The notes under the pieces were generated by a model that made no database searches, was not told the DNA's origin, and saw only the letters and a list, made by a program, of their open reading frames with translations. Below are positions 27,356 to 41,000 of a DNA stretch of 64,000 nucleotides, piece after piece. Position numbers and translations under genes: made by a program. How positions within the stretch are numbered: the stretch's first letter is position 1; the number at the start of each line of letters is the position of its first letter. Origin of the DNA: the human T2T-CHM13v2.0 reference genome, Homo sapiens; NCBI RefSeq assembly GCF_009914755.1, contig NC_060925.1. One strand, written 5' to 3'.

Positions 27356-29919
27356 TTACTGAGAATTCTTCTGTCTAGCAGAATATGAAGAAATCCCGTT
27401 TCCAACGAAGGCCACAAGATGTCAGAATATCCACTTACAGACTTTACAAACAGAGTGTTTCCTAACTGCTCTATGAACAGAAAGGTTAAACTCTGTGAGT
27501 TGAACGAACACATCACAACGCAGTTTGTGGGAATGATTCTGTCTAGTTTTGAAACGAAGATATTTCCTTTTCTGCCGTTGACCTTAAAGCGCTTGAAATC
27601 TACACTTGCAAATTGCACAAATAGAGTGTTTCAAATCTGCTCTGTCTAAGGGAACGTTCAACTCTGTGAGTTGAATGCACACAACGCAAGGAAGTTACTG
27701 GGAATTCTTCTGTCTAGCCTTACATGAAAAAAAACCCGTTTCCAACGAAGGCCTGTAAGTGGTCAAAATATCCACGTGCAGACTTTACAAACAGAGTGTT
27801 TCCAAACCGCTGAATGAAAAGAAAAGTTAAACTCTGAGAGTTGAACGCACACATCACGCAGCAGTTTCTGAGAATGATTCTGTCTAGTTTTTATACGAAG
27901 ATATTTCCTTTTCTGCCCTTGGCCCCAAAGCGCTTGAAATCTCCACTTGCAAATTCCACAAAAACAGTGTTTCAAATCTGCTCTCTCTAAATGAAAGTTC
28001 AACTCTGTCAGTTGAATACACACAACACAAGGAAGTTCCTGAGAATTCTTCTGTCTAGCATAATATGAAGAAATCCCGTTTCCAACGAAGGCCTCAAAGG
28101 GGTCTGAATATCCACTTGCAGACTTTATAAACAGAGTGTTTACTAACTGCTCTATGAAAAGAAAGGTTAAACTCTGTGAGTTGAACACACACATCACAAA
28201 GGAGTTTCTGAGAATCATTCTGTCTAGTTTTTCTACGAAGATATTTCCTTTTCTACTATTGACCTCAAAGCGGCTGAAATCTCCACTTGCAAATTCCACA
28301 AAAAGAGTGTTTCAAGTCTGCTCTGTGTAAAGGATCGTTCAACTCTGTGAGTTGAATACACACAACACAAGGAAGTTACTGAGAATTCTTCTGTCTCGCA
28401 GAATAGGAAGAAATCCCGTTTCCAACGAAGGCCTCAAAGAGGTCTGAATATCCACTTGCAGACTTTACAAACAGAGTGTTTCCTAACGGCTCTATGAAAA
28501 GAAAAGTTAAACTCTGTGAGTTGAACGCACACATCACAAAGGAGTTTCTGAGAATCGTTCTGTCTAGTTTCTATAGGAAGATATTTCCTATTCTACCAAT
28601 GACCTCAAAGCGGCTGAAATCTCCAGTTGCAAATTCCACAAAAAGAATGTTTCAAGTCTGCTCTGTGTAAAGGATCGTTCAACTCTGTGAGTTGAATACA
28701 CACAACACAAGGAAGTTACTGAGAATTATTCTGTCTAGCATAATATGAAGAAATCCCGTTTCCAACGAAGGCCTCAAAGAGGTCTGAATATCCACTTGCA
28801 GACTTTACAAACAGAGTGTTTCCTAACTGCTCTATGAAAAGAAAAGTTAAACTCTGTGAGTTGAACGCACACATCACAAAGGAGTTTATGAGAATCATTC
28901 TGTCTAGTCTTTATACGAAGATATTTCCTTTTCTACCATTGACCTCAAAGCGGCTGAAATCTCCACTTGCAAATTCGACAAAAAGAGTGTTTCAAGTCTG
29001 CTCTGTGTAAAGGATCGTTCAACTCTGTGAGTTGAATACACACAACACAAGGAAGTTACTGAGAATTCTTCTGTCTAGCAGAATATGAAGAAATCCCGTT
29101 TCCAACGAAGGCCTCAAGGAGGTCTGAATATCCACTTGCAGACTTTACAAACAGAGTGTTTCCTAACTGCTCTATGAACAGAAAGGTAAAACTCTGTGAG
29201 TTTAACGCACACATCTCAAAGGAGTTTCTGAGAATCATTCTGTCTAGTCTTTATACGAAGATATTTACTTTTCTACCATTGACCTCAAAGCGGCTGAAAT
29301 CTCCACTTGCAAATTCCACAAAAAGAGTGTTTCAAGTCTGCTCAGTGTAAAGGATCATTCAACTCTGTGAGTTGAATAAACACAACACAAGGAAGTTACT
29401 GAGAATTCTTCTGTCTAGCAGAATATGAAGAAATCCCGTTTCCAACGAAGGCCTCAAGGAGGTTTGAATATCCACTTGCAGACTTTACAAACAGAGTGTT
29501 TCCTAACTGCTCTATGAGAAGAAAAGTTAAACTCTGTGAGTTCAACGCACACATCACAAAAGATTTTCTGAGAATCATTCTGTCTAGTCTTTATATGAAG
29601 ATAGTTTCCTTTTCTACCATTGACCTCAAAGCGGCTGAAATCTCCACTTGCAAATTCCACAAAAAGAGTGTTTCAAGTCTGCTCTGTGTAAAGGATCGTT
29701 CAACTCTGTGAGTTGAATACACACAACACAAGGAAGTTACTGAGAATTCTTCTGTCTAGCAGAATATGAAGAAATCCCGTTTCCAACGAAGGCCACAAGA
29801 TGTCAGAATATCCACTTACAGACTTTACAAACAGAGTGTTTCCTAACTGCTCTATGAACAGAAAGGTTAAACTCTGTGAGTTGAACGAACACATCACAAC
29901 GCAGTTTGTCGGAATGATT

Positions 29920-30938
29920 CTGTCTAGTTTTGAAACGAAGATATTTCCTTTTCTGCCATTGACCTTAAAGCGCTTGAAATCTACACTTGCAAATTGCACA
30001 AATAGAGTGTTTCAAATCTGCTCTGTCTAAGGGAACGTTCAACTCTGTGAGTTGAATGCACACAACACAAGGAAGTTACTGGGAATTCTTCTGTCTAGCC
30101 TTACATGAAAAAAACCCGTTTCCAACGAAGGCCTCTAAGTGGTCAAAATATCCACGTGCAGACTTTACAAACAGAGTGTTTCCAAACCGCTGAATGAAAA
30201 GAAAAGTTAAACTCTGAGAGTTGAACGCACACATCACGCAGCAGTTTCTGAGAATGATTCTGTCTAGTTTTTATACGAAGATATTTCCTTTTCTGCCTTT
30301 GGCCCCAAAGCGCTTGAAATCTCCAATTGCAAATTCCACAAAAACAGTGTTTCAAATCTGCTCTCTCTAAATGAAAGTTCAACTCTGTCAGTTGAATACA
30401 CACAACACAAGGAAGTTACTGAGAATTCTTCTGTCTAGCATAATATGAAGAAATCCCGTTTCCAACGAAGGCCTCAAAAGGGTCTGAATATCCACTTGCA
30501 GACTTTATAAACAGAGTGTTTACTAACTGCTCTATGAAAAGAAAGGTTAAACTCTGTGAGTTGAACACACACATCACAAAGGAGTTTCTGAGAATCATTC
30601 TGTCTAGTTTTTCTACGAAGATATTTCCTTTTCTACTATTGACCTCAAAGCGGCTGAAATCTCCACTTGCAAATTCCACAAAAAGAGTGTTTCAAGTCTG
30701 CTCTGTGTAAAGGATCGTTCAACTCTGTGAGTTGAATACACACAACACAAGGAAGTTACTGAGAATTCTTCTGTCTAGCAGAATATGAAGAAATCCCGTT
30801 TCCAACGAAGGCCACAAGATGTCAGAATATCCACTTACAGACTTTACAAACAGAGTGTTTCCTAACTGCTCTATGAACAGAAAGGTTAAACTCTGTGTGT
30901 TGAACGAACACATCACAACGCAGTTTGTGGGAATGATT
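29920..30938 (-). repeat. Minimal 6-mer HOR unit (1019 bp), the only one in the window
   Basis: Successive HOR markers are 1019 bp apart (ORFs 29800 and 30819), giving three dimers with no extra inserted dimers. Confidence 0.88.
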
Positions 30939-33900
30939 CTGTCTAGTTTTGAAACGAAGATATTTCCTTTTCTGCCGTTGACCTTAAAGAGCTTGAAAAC
31001 TACACTTGCAAATTGCACAAATAGAGTGTTTCAAATCTGCTCTGTCTAAGGGAACATTCAACTCTGTGAGTTGAATGCACACAACACAAGGAAGTTACTG
31101 GGAATTCTTCTGTCTAGCCTTACATGAAAAAAACCCGTTTCCAACGAAGGCCTCTAAGTGGTCAAAATATCCACGTGCAGACTTTACAAACAGAGTGTTT
31201 CCAAACCGCTGAATGAAAAGAAAAGTTAAACTCTGAGAGTTGAACGCACACATCACGCAGCAGTTTCTGAGAATGATTCTGTGTAGTTTTTATACGAAGA
31301 TATTTCCTTTTCTGCCTTTGGCCCCAAAGCGCTTGAAATCTCCAATTGCAAATTCCACAAAAACAGTGTTTCAAATCTGCTCTCTCTAAATGAAAGTTCA
31401 ACTCTGTTAGTTGAATACACACAACACAAGGAAGTTACTGAGAATTCTTCTGTCTAGCAGAATATGAAGAAATCCCGTTTCCAACGAAGGCCTCAAGGAG
31501 GTCTGAATATCCACTTGCAGACTTTACAAACAGAGTGTTTCCTAACTGCTCTATGAACAGAAAGGTTAAACTCTGTGAGTTGAACGCACACATCACAAAG
31601 GAGTTTCTGAGAATCATTCTGTCTAGTCTTTATACGAAGATATTTACTTTTCTACCATTGACCTCAAAGCGGCTGAAATCTCCACTTGCAAATTCGACAA
31701 AAAGAGTGTTTCAAGCCTGCTCTCTGTAAAGGATCCTTCAACTCTGTGAGTTGAATACACACAACACAAGGAAGTTACTGAGAATTATTCTGTCTAGCAT
31801 AATATGAAGAAATCCCATTTCCAACGAAAGCCTCAAAGAGGTCTGAATATCCACTTGCAGACTTTACAAACAGAGTGTTTCCTAACTGCTCTATGAGAAG
31901 AAAAGTTAAACTCTGTGAGTTGAACGCACACATCACAAAAGATTTTCTGAGAATCATTCTGTCTAGTCTTTATATGAAGATAGTTTCCTTTTCTACCATT
32001 GACCTCAAAGCGGCTGAAATCTCCACTTGCAAATTCCACAAAAAGAGTGTTTCAAGTCTGCTCTGTGTAAAGGATCGTTCAACTCTGTGAGTTGAATACA
32101 CACAACACAAGGAAGTTACTGAGAATTCTTCTGTCTAGCAGAATATGAAGAAATCCCGTTTCCAACGAAGGCCACAAGATGTCAGAATATCCACTTAAAG
32201 ACTTTACAAATAGAGTGTTTCCTAACTGCTCTATGAACAGAAAGGTTAAACTCTGTGAGTTGAACGAACACATCACAACGCAGTTTGTGGGAATGATTCT
32301 GTCTAGTTTTGAAACGAAGATATTTCCTTTTCTGCCGTTGACCTTAAAGCGCTTGAAATCTACACTTGCAAATTGCACAAATAGAGTGTTTCAAATCTGC
32401 TCTGTCTAAGGGAACGTTCAACTCTGTGAGTTGAATGCACACAACACAAGGAAGTTACTGGGAATTCTTCTGTCTAGCCTTACATGAAAAAACCCGTTTC
32501 CAACGAAGGCCTCTAAGTGGTCAAAATATCCACGTGCAGACTTTACAAACAGAGTGTTTCCAAACCGCTGAATGAAAAGAAAAGTTAAACTCTGAGAGTT
32601 GAACGCACACATCATGCAGCAGTTTCTGAGAATGATTCTGTCTAGTTTTTATACGAAGATATTTCCTTTTCTGCCTTTGGCCCCAAAGCGCTTGAAATCT
32701 CCACTTGCAATTCCACAAAAACAGTGTTTCAAATCTGCTCTCTCTAAATGAAAGTTCAACTCTGTCAGTTGAATACACACAACACAAGGAAGTTACTGAG
32801 AATTCTTCTGTCTAGCATAATATGAAGAAATCCCGTTTCCAACGAAGGCCTCAAAGGGGTCTGAATATCCACTTGCAGACTTTATAAACAGAGTGTTTAC
32901 TAACTGCTCTATGAAAAGAAAGGTTAAACTCTGTGAGTTGAACCCACACATCACAAAGGAGTTTCTGAGAATCATTCTCTCTAGTTTTTCTACGAAGATA
33001 TTTCCTTTTCTACTATTGACCTGAAAGCGGCTGAAATCTCCACTTGCAAATTCCACAAAAAGAGTGTTTCAAGTCTGCTCTGTGTAAAGGATCGTTCAAC
33101 TCTGTGAGTTGAATACACACAACACAAGGAAGTTACTGAGAATTATTCTGTCTAGCAGAATATGAAGAAATCCCGTTTCCAACGAAGGCCTCAAAGGGGT
33201 CTGAATATCCACTTGCAGACTTTACAAACAGAGTGTTTCCTAACTGCTCTATGAAAAGAAAAGTTAAACTCTGTGAGTTGAACGCACACATCACAAAGGA
33301 GTTTCTGAGAATCGTTCTGGCTAGTTTCTATAGGAAGATATTTCCTATTCTACCATTGACCTCAAAGCGGCTGAAATCTCCACTTTCAAATTCCACAAAA
33401 AGAGTGTCTCAAGTCTGCTCTCTGTAAAGGATCGTTCAACTCTGTGAGTAGAATACACACAACACAAGGAAGTTACTGAGAATTCTTCTGTCTAGCAGAA
33501 TATGAAGAAATCCCGTTTCCAACGAAGGCCTCAAGGAGGTCTGAATATCCACTTGCAGACTTTACAAACAGAGTGTTTCCTAACTGCTCTATGAGAAGAA
33601 AAGTTAAACTCTGTGAGTTGAACGCACACATCACAAAAGATTTTCTGAGAATCATTCTGTCTAGTCTTTATATGAAGATAGTTTCCTTTTCTACCATTGA
33701 CCTCAAAGCGGCTGAAATCTCCACTTGCAAATTCCACAAAAAGAGTGTTTCAAGTCTGCTCTGTGTAAAGGATCGTTCAACTCTGTGAGTTGAATACACA
33801 CAACACAAGGAAGTTACTGAGAATTCTTCTGTCTAGCAGAATATGAAGAAATCCCGTTTCCAACGAAGGCCACAAGATGTCAGAATATCCACTTACAGAC

Positions 33901-36900
33901 TTTACAAACAGAGTGTTTCCTAACTGCTCTATGAACAGAAAGGTTAAACTCTGTGAGTTGAACGAACACATCACAACGCAGTTTGTGGGAATGATTCTGT
34001 CTAGTTTTGAAACGAAGATATTTCCTTTTCTGCCATTGACCTTAAAGCGCTTGAAATCTACACTTGCAAATTGCACAAATAGAGTGTTTCAAATCTGCTC
34101 TGTCTAAGGGAACGTTCAACTCTTTGAGTTTAATGCACACAACACAAGGAAGTTACTGGGAATTCTTCTGTCTAGCCTTACATGAAAAAAACCCGTTTCC
34201 AACGAAGGCCTCTAAGTCGTCAAAATATCCACGTGCAGACTTTACAAACAGAGTGTTTCCAAACCGCTGAATGAAAAGAAAAGTTAAACTCTGAGAGTTG
34301 AACGCACACATCACGCAGCAGTTTCTGAGAATGATTCTGTCTAGTTTTTATACGAAGATATTTCCTTTTCTGCCTTTGGCCCCAAAGCGCTTGAAATCTC
34401 CACTTGCAAATTCCACAAAAACAGTGTTTCAAATCTGCTCTCTCTAAATGAAAGTTCAACTCTGTCAGTTGAATACACACAACACAAGGAAGTTACTGAG
34501 AATTCTTCTGTCTAGCATAATATGAAGAAATCCCGTTTCCAACGAAGGCCTCAAAGGGGTCTGAATATCCACTTGCAGACGTTATAAACAGAGTGTTTAC
34601 TAACTGCTCTATGAAAAGAAAGGTTAAACTCTGTGAGTTGAACACACACATCACAAAGGAGTTTCTGAGAATCATTCTGTCTAGTTTTTCTACGAAGATA
34701 TTTCGTTTTCTACTATTGACCTGAAAGCGGCTGAAATCTCCACTTGCAAATTCCACAAAAAGAGTGTTTCAAGTCTGCTCTGTGTAAAGGATCGTTCAAC
34801 TCTGTGAGTTGAATACACACAACACAAGGAAGTTACTGAGAATTCTTCTGTCTAGCAGAATACGAAGAAATCCCGTTTCCAACGAAGGCCTCAAAGAGGT
34901 CTGAATATCCACTTGCAGACTTTACAAACAGAGTGTTTCCTAACTGCTCTATGAAAAGAAAAGTTAAACTCTGTGAGTTGAACACACACATCACAAAGGA
35001 GTTTCTGAGAATCGTTCTGTCTAGTTTCTATAGGAAGATATTTCCTATTCTACCATTGACCTCAAAGCGGCTGAAATCTCCACTTGCAAATTCCACAAAA
35101 AGAATGTTTCAAGTCTGCTCTGTGTAAAGGATCGTTCAACTCTGTGAGTTGAATACACACAACACAAGGAAGTTACTGAGAATTATTCTGTCTAGCATAA
35201 TATGAAGAAATCCCGTTTCCAACGAAGGCCTCAAAGAGGTCTGAATATCCACTTGCAGACTTTACAAACAGAGTGTTTCCTAACTGCTCTATGAAAAGAA
35301 AAGTTAAACTCTGTGAGTTGAACGCACACATCACAAAGGAGTTTATGAGAATCATTCTGTCTAGTCTTTATACGAAGATATTTCCTTTTCTACCATTGAC
35401 CTCAAAGCGGCTGAAATCTCCACTTTCAAATTCCACAAAAAGAGTGTTTCAAGTCTGCTCTGTGTAAAGGATCGTTCAACTCTGTGAGTAGAATACACAC
35501 AACACAAGGAAGTTACTGAGAATTCTTCTGTCTAGCAGAATATGAAGAAATCCCGTTTCCAACGAAGGCCTCAAGGAGGTCTGAATATCCACTTGCAGAC
35601 TTTACAAACAGAGTGTTTCCTAACTGCTCTATGAAAAGAAAGGTTAAACTCTGTGAGTTGAACGCACACATCACAAAGGAGTTTCTGAGAATCATTCTGT
35701 CTAGTTTCTATAAGAAGATATTTCCTATTCTACCGTTGACCTCAAAGCGGCTGAAATCTCCACTTGCAAATTCGACAAAAAGAGTGTTTCAAGCCTGCTC
35801 TCTGTAAAGGATCCTTCAACTCTGTGAGTTGAATACACACAACACAAGGAAGTTACTGAGAATTATTCTGTCTAGCATAATATGAAGAAATCCCGTTTCC
35901 AACGAAGGCCTCAAAGAGGTCTGAATATCCACTTGCAGACTTTACAAACAGAGTGTTTCCTAACTGCTCTATGAGAAGAAAAGTTAAACTCTGTGAGTTG
36001 AACGCACACATCACAAAAGATTTTCTGAGAATCATCCTGTCTAGTCTTTATATGAAGATAGTTTCCTTTTCTACCATTGACCTCAAAGCGGCTGAAATCT
36101 CCACTTGCAAATTCCACAAAAAGAGTGTTTCAAGTCTGCTCTGTGTAAAGGATCGTTCAACTCTGTGAGTTGAATACACACAACACAAGGAAGTTACTGA
36201 GAATTCTTCTGTCTAGCAGAATATGAAGAAATCCCGTTTCCAACGAAGGCCACAAGATGTCAGAATATCCACTTACAGACTTTACAAACAGAGTGTTTCC
36301 TAACTGCTCTATGAACAGAAAGGTTAAACTCTGTGAGTTGAACGAACACATCACAACGCAGTTTGTGGGAATGATTCTGTCTAGTTTTGAAACGAAGATA
36401 TTTCCTTTTCTGCCGTTGACCTTAAAGCGCTTGAAATCTACACTTGCAAATTGCACAAATAGAGTGTTTCAAATCTGCTCTGTCTAAGGGAACGTTCAAC
36501 TCTGTGAGTTGAATGCACACAACACAAGGAAGTTACTGGGAATTCTTCTGTCTAGCCTTACATGAAAAAAACCCGTTTCCAACGAAGGCCTCTAAGTGGT
36601 CAAAATATCCACGTGCAGACTTTACAAACAGAGTGTTTCCAAACCGCTGAATGAAAAGAAAAGTTAAACTCTGAGAGTTGAACGCACACATCACGCAGCA
36701 GTTTCTGAGAATGACTCTGTCTACTTTTTATACGAAGATATTTCCTTTTCTGCCTTTGGCCCCAAAGCGCTTGAAATCTCCACTTGCAAATTCCACAAAA
36801 ACAGTGTTTCAAATCTGCTGTCTCTAAATGAAAGTTCAACTCTGTCAGTTGAATACACACAACACAAGGAAGTTACTGAGAATTCTTCTGTCTAGCATAA

Positions 36901-38077
36901 TATGAAGAAATCCCGTTTCCAACGAAGGCCTCAAAGGGGTCTGAATATCCACTTGCAGACTTTATAAACAGAGTGTTTACTAACTGCTCTATGAAAAGAA
37001 AGGTTAAACTCTGTGAGTTAAACACACACATCACAAAGGAGTTTCTGAGAATCATTCTGTCTAGTTTTTCTACGAAGATATTTCCTTTTCTACTATTGAC
37101 CTCAAAGAGGCTGAAATCTCCACTTGCAAATTCCACAAAAAGAGTGTTTCAAGTCTGCTTTGTGTAAAGGATCGTTCAACTCTGTGAGTTGAATACACAC
37201 AACACAAGGAAGTTACTGAGAATTCTTCTGTCTAGCAGAATAGGAAGAAATCCCGTTTCCAACGAAAGCCTCAAAGAGGTCTGAATATCCACTTGCAGAC
37301 TTTACAAACAGAGTGTTTCCTAACTGCTCTATGAAAAGAAAGGTTAAACTCTGTGAGTTGAACGCACACATCACAAAGGAGTTTTTGAGAATCATTCTGT
37401 CTAGTTTCTAGAGGAAGATATTACCTATTCTACCATTGACCACAAAGCGGCTGAAATCTCCACTTGCAAATACCACAAAAAGAGTGTTTCAAGTCTGTTC
37501 TCTGTAAAGGATCGTTCAACTCTGTGATTTGAACACACACAACACATGGAAGTTACTGAGAATTATTCTGTCTAGCATAATATGAAGAAATACCGTTTCC
37601 ACCGAAGGCCTCAAGGAGGTCTGAATATCCTCTTGCAGACTTTACAAACAGAGTGTTTCCTAACTGCTCTATGAACAGAAAGGTTAAACTCCGTGAGTTG
37701 AACGCACACATCACAAAGGAGTTTCTGAGAATCATTCTGTCTAGTCTTTATACGAAGATATTTCCTTTTCTACCATTGACATCAAAGCGGCTGAAATCTC
37801 CACTTGCAAATTCCACAAAAAGAGTGTTTCAAGCCTGCTCTCTGTGTAAAGGATCGTTCAACTCTGTGAGTTGAATACACACAACACAAGGAAGTTACTG
37901 AGAATTCTTCTGTCTAGCAGAATATGAAAAAATCCCGTTTCCACCGAAGGCCTCAAGATGTCAGAATATCCACTTACAGACTTTACAAACAGAGTGTTTC
38001 CTAACTGCTCTATGAACAGAAAGGTTAAACTCTGTGAGTTGAACGAACACATCAGAACGCAGTTTGTGGGAATGATT

Positions 38078-41000
38078 CTGTCTAATTTTGAAACGAAGAT
38101 ATTTCCTTTTCTGCCATTGACCTTAAAGCGCTTGAAATCTACACTTGCAAATTGCACAAATAGAGTGTTTCAAATCTGCTCTGTCTACCGGAACGTTCAA
38201 CTCTGTGAGTTGAATGCACACAACAGAAGGAAGTTACTGGGAATTCTTCTGTCTAGCCTTACATGAAAAAAACCCGTTTCCAACGAAGACCTCTAAGTGG
38301 TCAAAATATCCACGTGCAGACTTTACAAACAGAGTGTTTCCAAACCGTTGAATGAAAAGAAAAGTTAAACTCTGAGAGTTGAACGCACACATCACGCAGC
38401 AGTTTCTGAGAATGATTCTGTCTAGTTTTTATACGAAGATATTTCCTTTTCTGCCTTTGGCCCCAAAGCGCTTGAAATCTCCACTTGCAAATTCCACAAA
38501 AACAGTGTTTCAAATCTGCTCTCTCTAAATGAAAGTTCAACTCTGTCAGTTGAATACACACAACACAAGGAAGTTACTGAGAATTCTTCTGTCTAGCATA
38601 ATATGAAGAAATCCCGTTTCCAACGAAGGCCTCAAAGGGGTCTGAATATCCACTTGCAGACTTTATAAACAGAGTGTTTCCTAACTGCTCTATGAAAAGA
38701 AAGGTTAAACTCTGTGAGTTGAACACACACATCACAAAGGAGTTTCTGAGAATCATTCTGTCTAGTTTTTCTACGAAGATATTTCCTTTTCTACTATTGA
38801 CCTCAAAGAGGCTGAAATCTCCACTTGCAAATTCCACAAAAAGAGTGTTTCAAGTCTGCTTTGTGTAAAGGATCGTTCAACTCTGTGAGTTGAATACACA
38901 CAACACAAGGAAGTTACTGAGAATTCTTCTGTCTAGCAGAATATGAAGAAATCCCGTTTCCAACGAAGGCCTCAAAGAGGTCTGAATATCCACTTGCAGA
39001 CTTTACAAACAGAGTGTTTCCTAACTGCTCTATGAAAAGAAAGGTTAAACTCTGTGAGTTGAAGGCACACATCACAAAGGAGTTTATGAGAATCATGCTG
39101 TCTAGTTTCTATAGGAAGATATTTCCTATTCTACCATTGACCTCAAAGCGGCTGAAATCTCCACTTGCAAATACCACAAAAAGAGTGTTTCAAGTCTGTT
39201 CTCTGTAAAAGATCGTTCAACTCTGTGATTTGAACACACACAACACAGGGAAGTTACTGAGAATTATTCTGTCTAGCATAATATGCACAAATCCCGTTTC
39301 CAACGAAGGCCTCAAAGAGGTCTGAATATCCTCTTGCAGACTTTACAAACAGAGTGTTTCCTAACTGCTCTATGAAAAGAAAAGTTAAACTCTGTGAGTT
39401 GAACGCACACATCGCAAAGGAGTTTCTGAGAATCATTCTGTCTAGTCTTTATACGAAGATAGTTTCCTTTTCTACCATTGACCTCAAAGCGGCTGAAATC
39501 TCCACTTGCAAATTCCACAAAAAGTGTGTTTCAAGTCTGCTCTGTGTAAAGGATCGTTCAACTCTGTGAGTTGAATACACACAACACAAGGAAGTTACTG
39601 AGAATTCTTCTGTCTAGCAGAATATGAAGAAATACCGTTTCAACCGAAGGCCTCAAGGAGGTCTGAATATCCACTTGCAGACTTTACAAACAGAGTGTTT
39701 CCTAACTGCTCTATGAAAAGAAAGGTTAAACTCTGTGAGTTGAACGCACACATCACAAAGGAGTTTATGAGAATCATTCTGTCTAGTCTTTATACGAAGA
39801 TATTTCCTTTTCTACCATTGACCTCAAAGCGGCTGAAATCTCCACTTGCAAATTCCACAAAAAGAGTGTTTCAAGTCTGCTCTGTGTAAAGGATCGTTCA
39901 ACTCTGTGAGTTGAATACACACAACACAAGGAAGTTACTGAGAATTCTTCTGTCTAGCAGAATATGAAGAAATCCCGTTTCCAACGAAGGCCTCAAAGAG
40001 GTCTGAATATCCAATTGCAGACTTTACAAACAGAGTGTTTCCTAACTGCTCTATGAAAAGAAAAGTTAAACTCTGTGAGTTGAACGCACACATCACAAAG
40101 GAGTTTATGAGAATCATTCTGTCTAGTCTTTATACGAAGATATTTCCTTTTCTACCATTGACCTCAAAGCGGCTGAAATCTCCACTTGCAAATTCCACAA
40201 AAAGAGTGTTTCAAGTCTGCTCTGTGTAAAGGATCGTTCAACTCTGTGAGTTGAATACACACAACACAAGGAAGTTACTGAGAATTCTTCTGTCTAGCAG
40301 AATATGAAGAAATCCCGTTTCCAACGAAGGCCTCAAGGAGGTCTGAATATCCACTTGCAGACTTTACAAACAGAGTGTTTCCTAACTGCTCTATGAACAG
40401 AAAGGTTAAACTCTGTGAGTTGAACGCACACATCACAAAAGAGTTTTTGAGAATCATTCTGTCTAGTCTTTATACGAAGATATTTCCTTTTCTACCATTG
40501 ACATCAAAGCGGCTGAAATCTCCACTTGCAAATTCCACAAAAAGAGTGTTTCAAGTCTGCTCTGTGTAAAGGATCGTTCAACTCTGTGAGTTGAATACAC
40601 ACAACACAAGGAAGTTACTGAGAATTCTTCTGTCTAGCAGAATATGAAGAAATCCCGTTTCCAACGAAGGCCACAAGATGTCAGAATATCCACTGACAGA
40701 CTTTACAGAGTGTTTCCTAACTGCTCTATGAACAGAAAGGTTAAACTCTGTGAGTTGAACGAACACATCACAACGCAGTTTGTGGGAATGATTCTGTCTA
40801 GTTTTGAAACGAAGATATTTCCTTTTCTGCCGTTGACCTTAAAGCGCTTGAAATCTACACTTGCAAATTGCACAAATAGAGTGTTTCAAATCTGCTCTGT
40901 CTAAGGGAACGTTCAACTCTGTGAGTTGAATGCACACAACACAAGGAAGTTACTGGGAATTCTTCTGTCTAGCCTTACATGAAAAAAACCCGTTTCCAAC

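Noticed and set aside
27763-28299. Longest ORF (178 aa)
   Set aside because: It is a fusion of two routine repeat ORFs caused by one substitution (GGAAGTTCCT for GGAAGTTACT near 28038) that removes a minus-strand stop codon.
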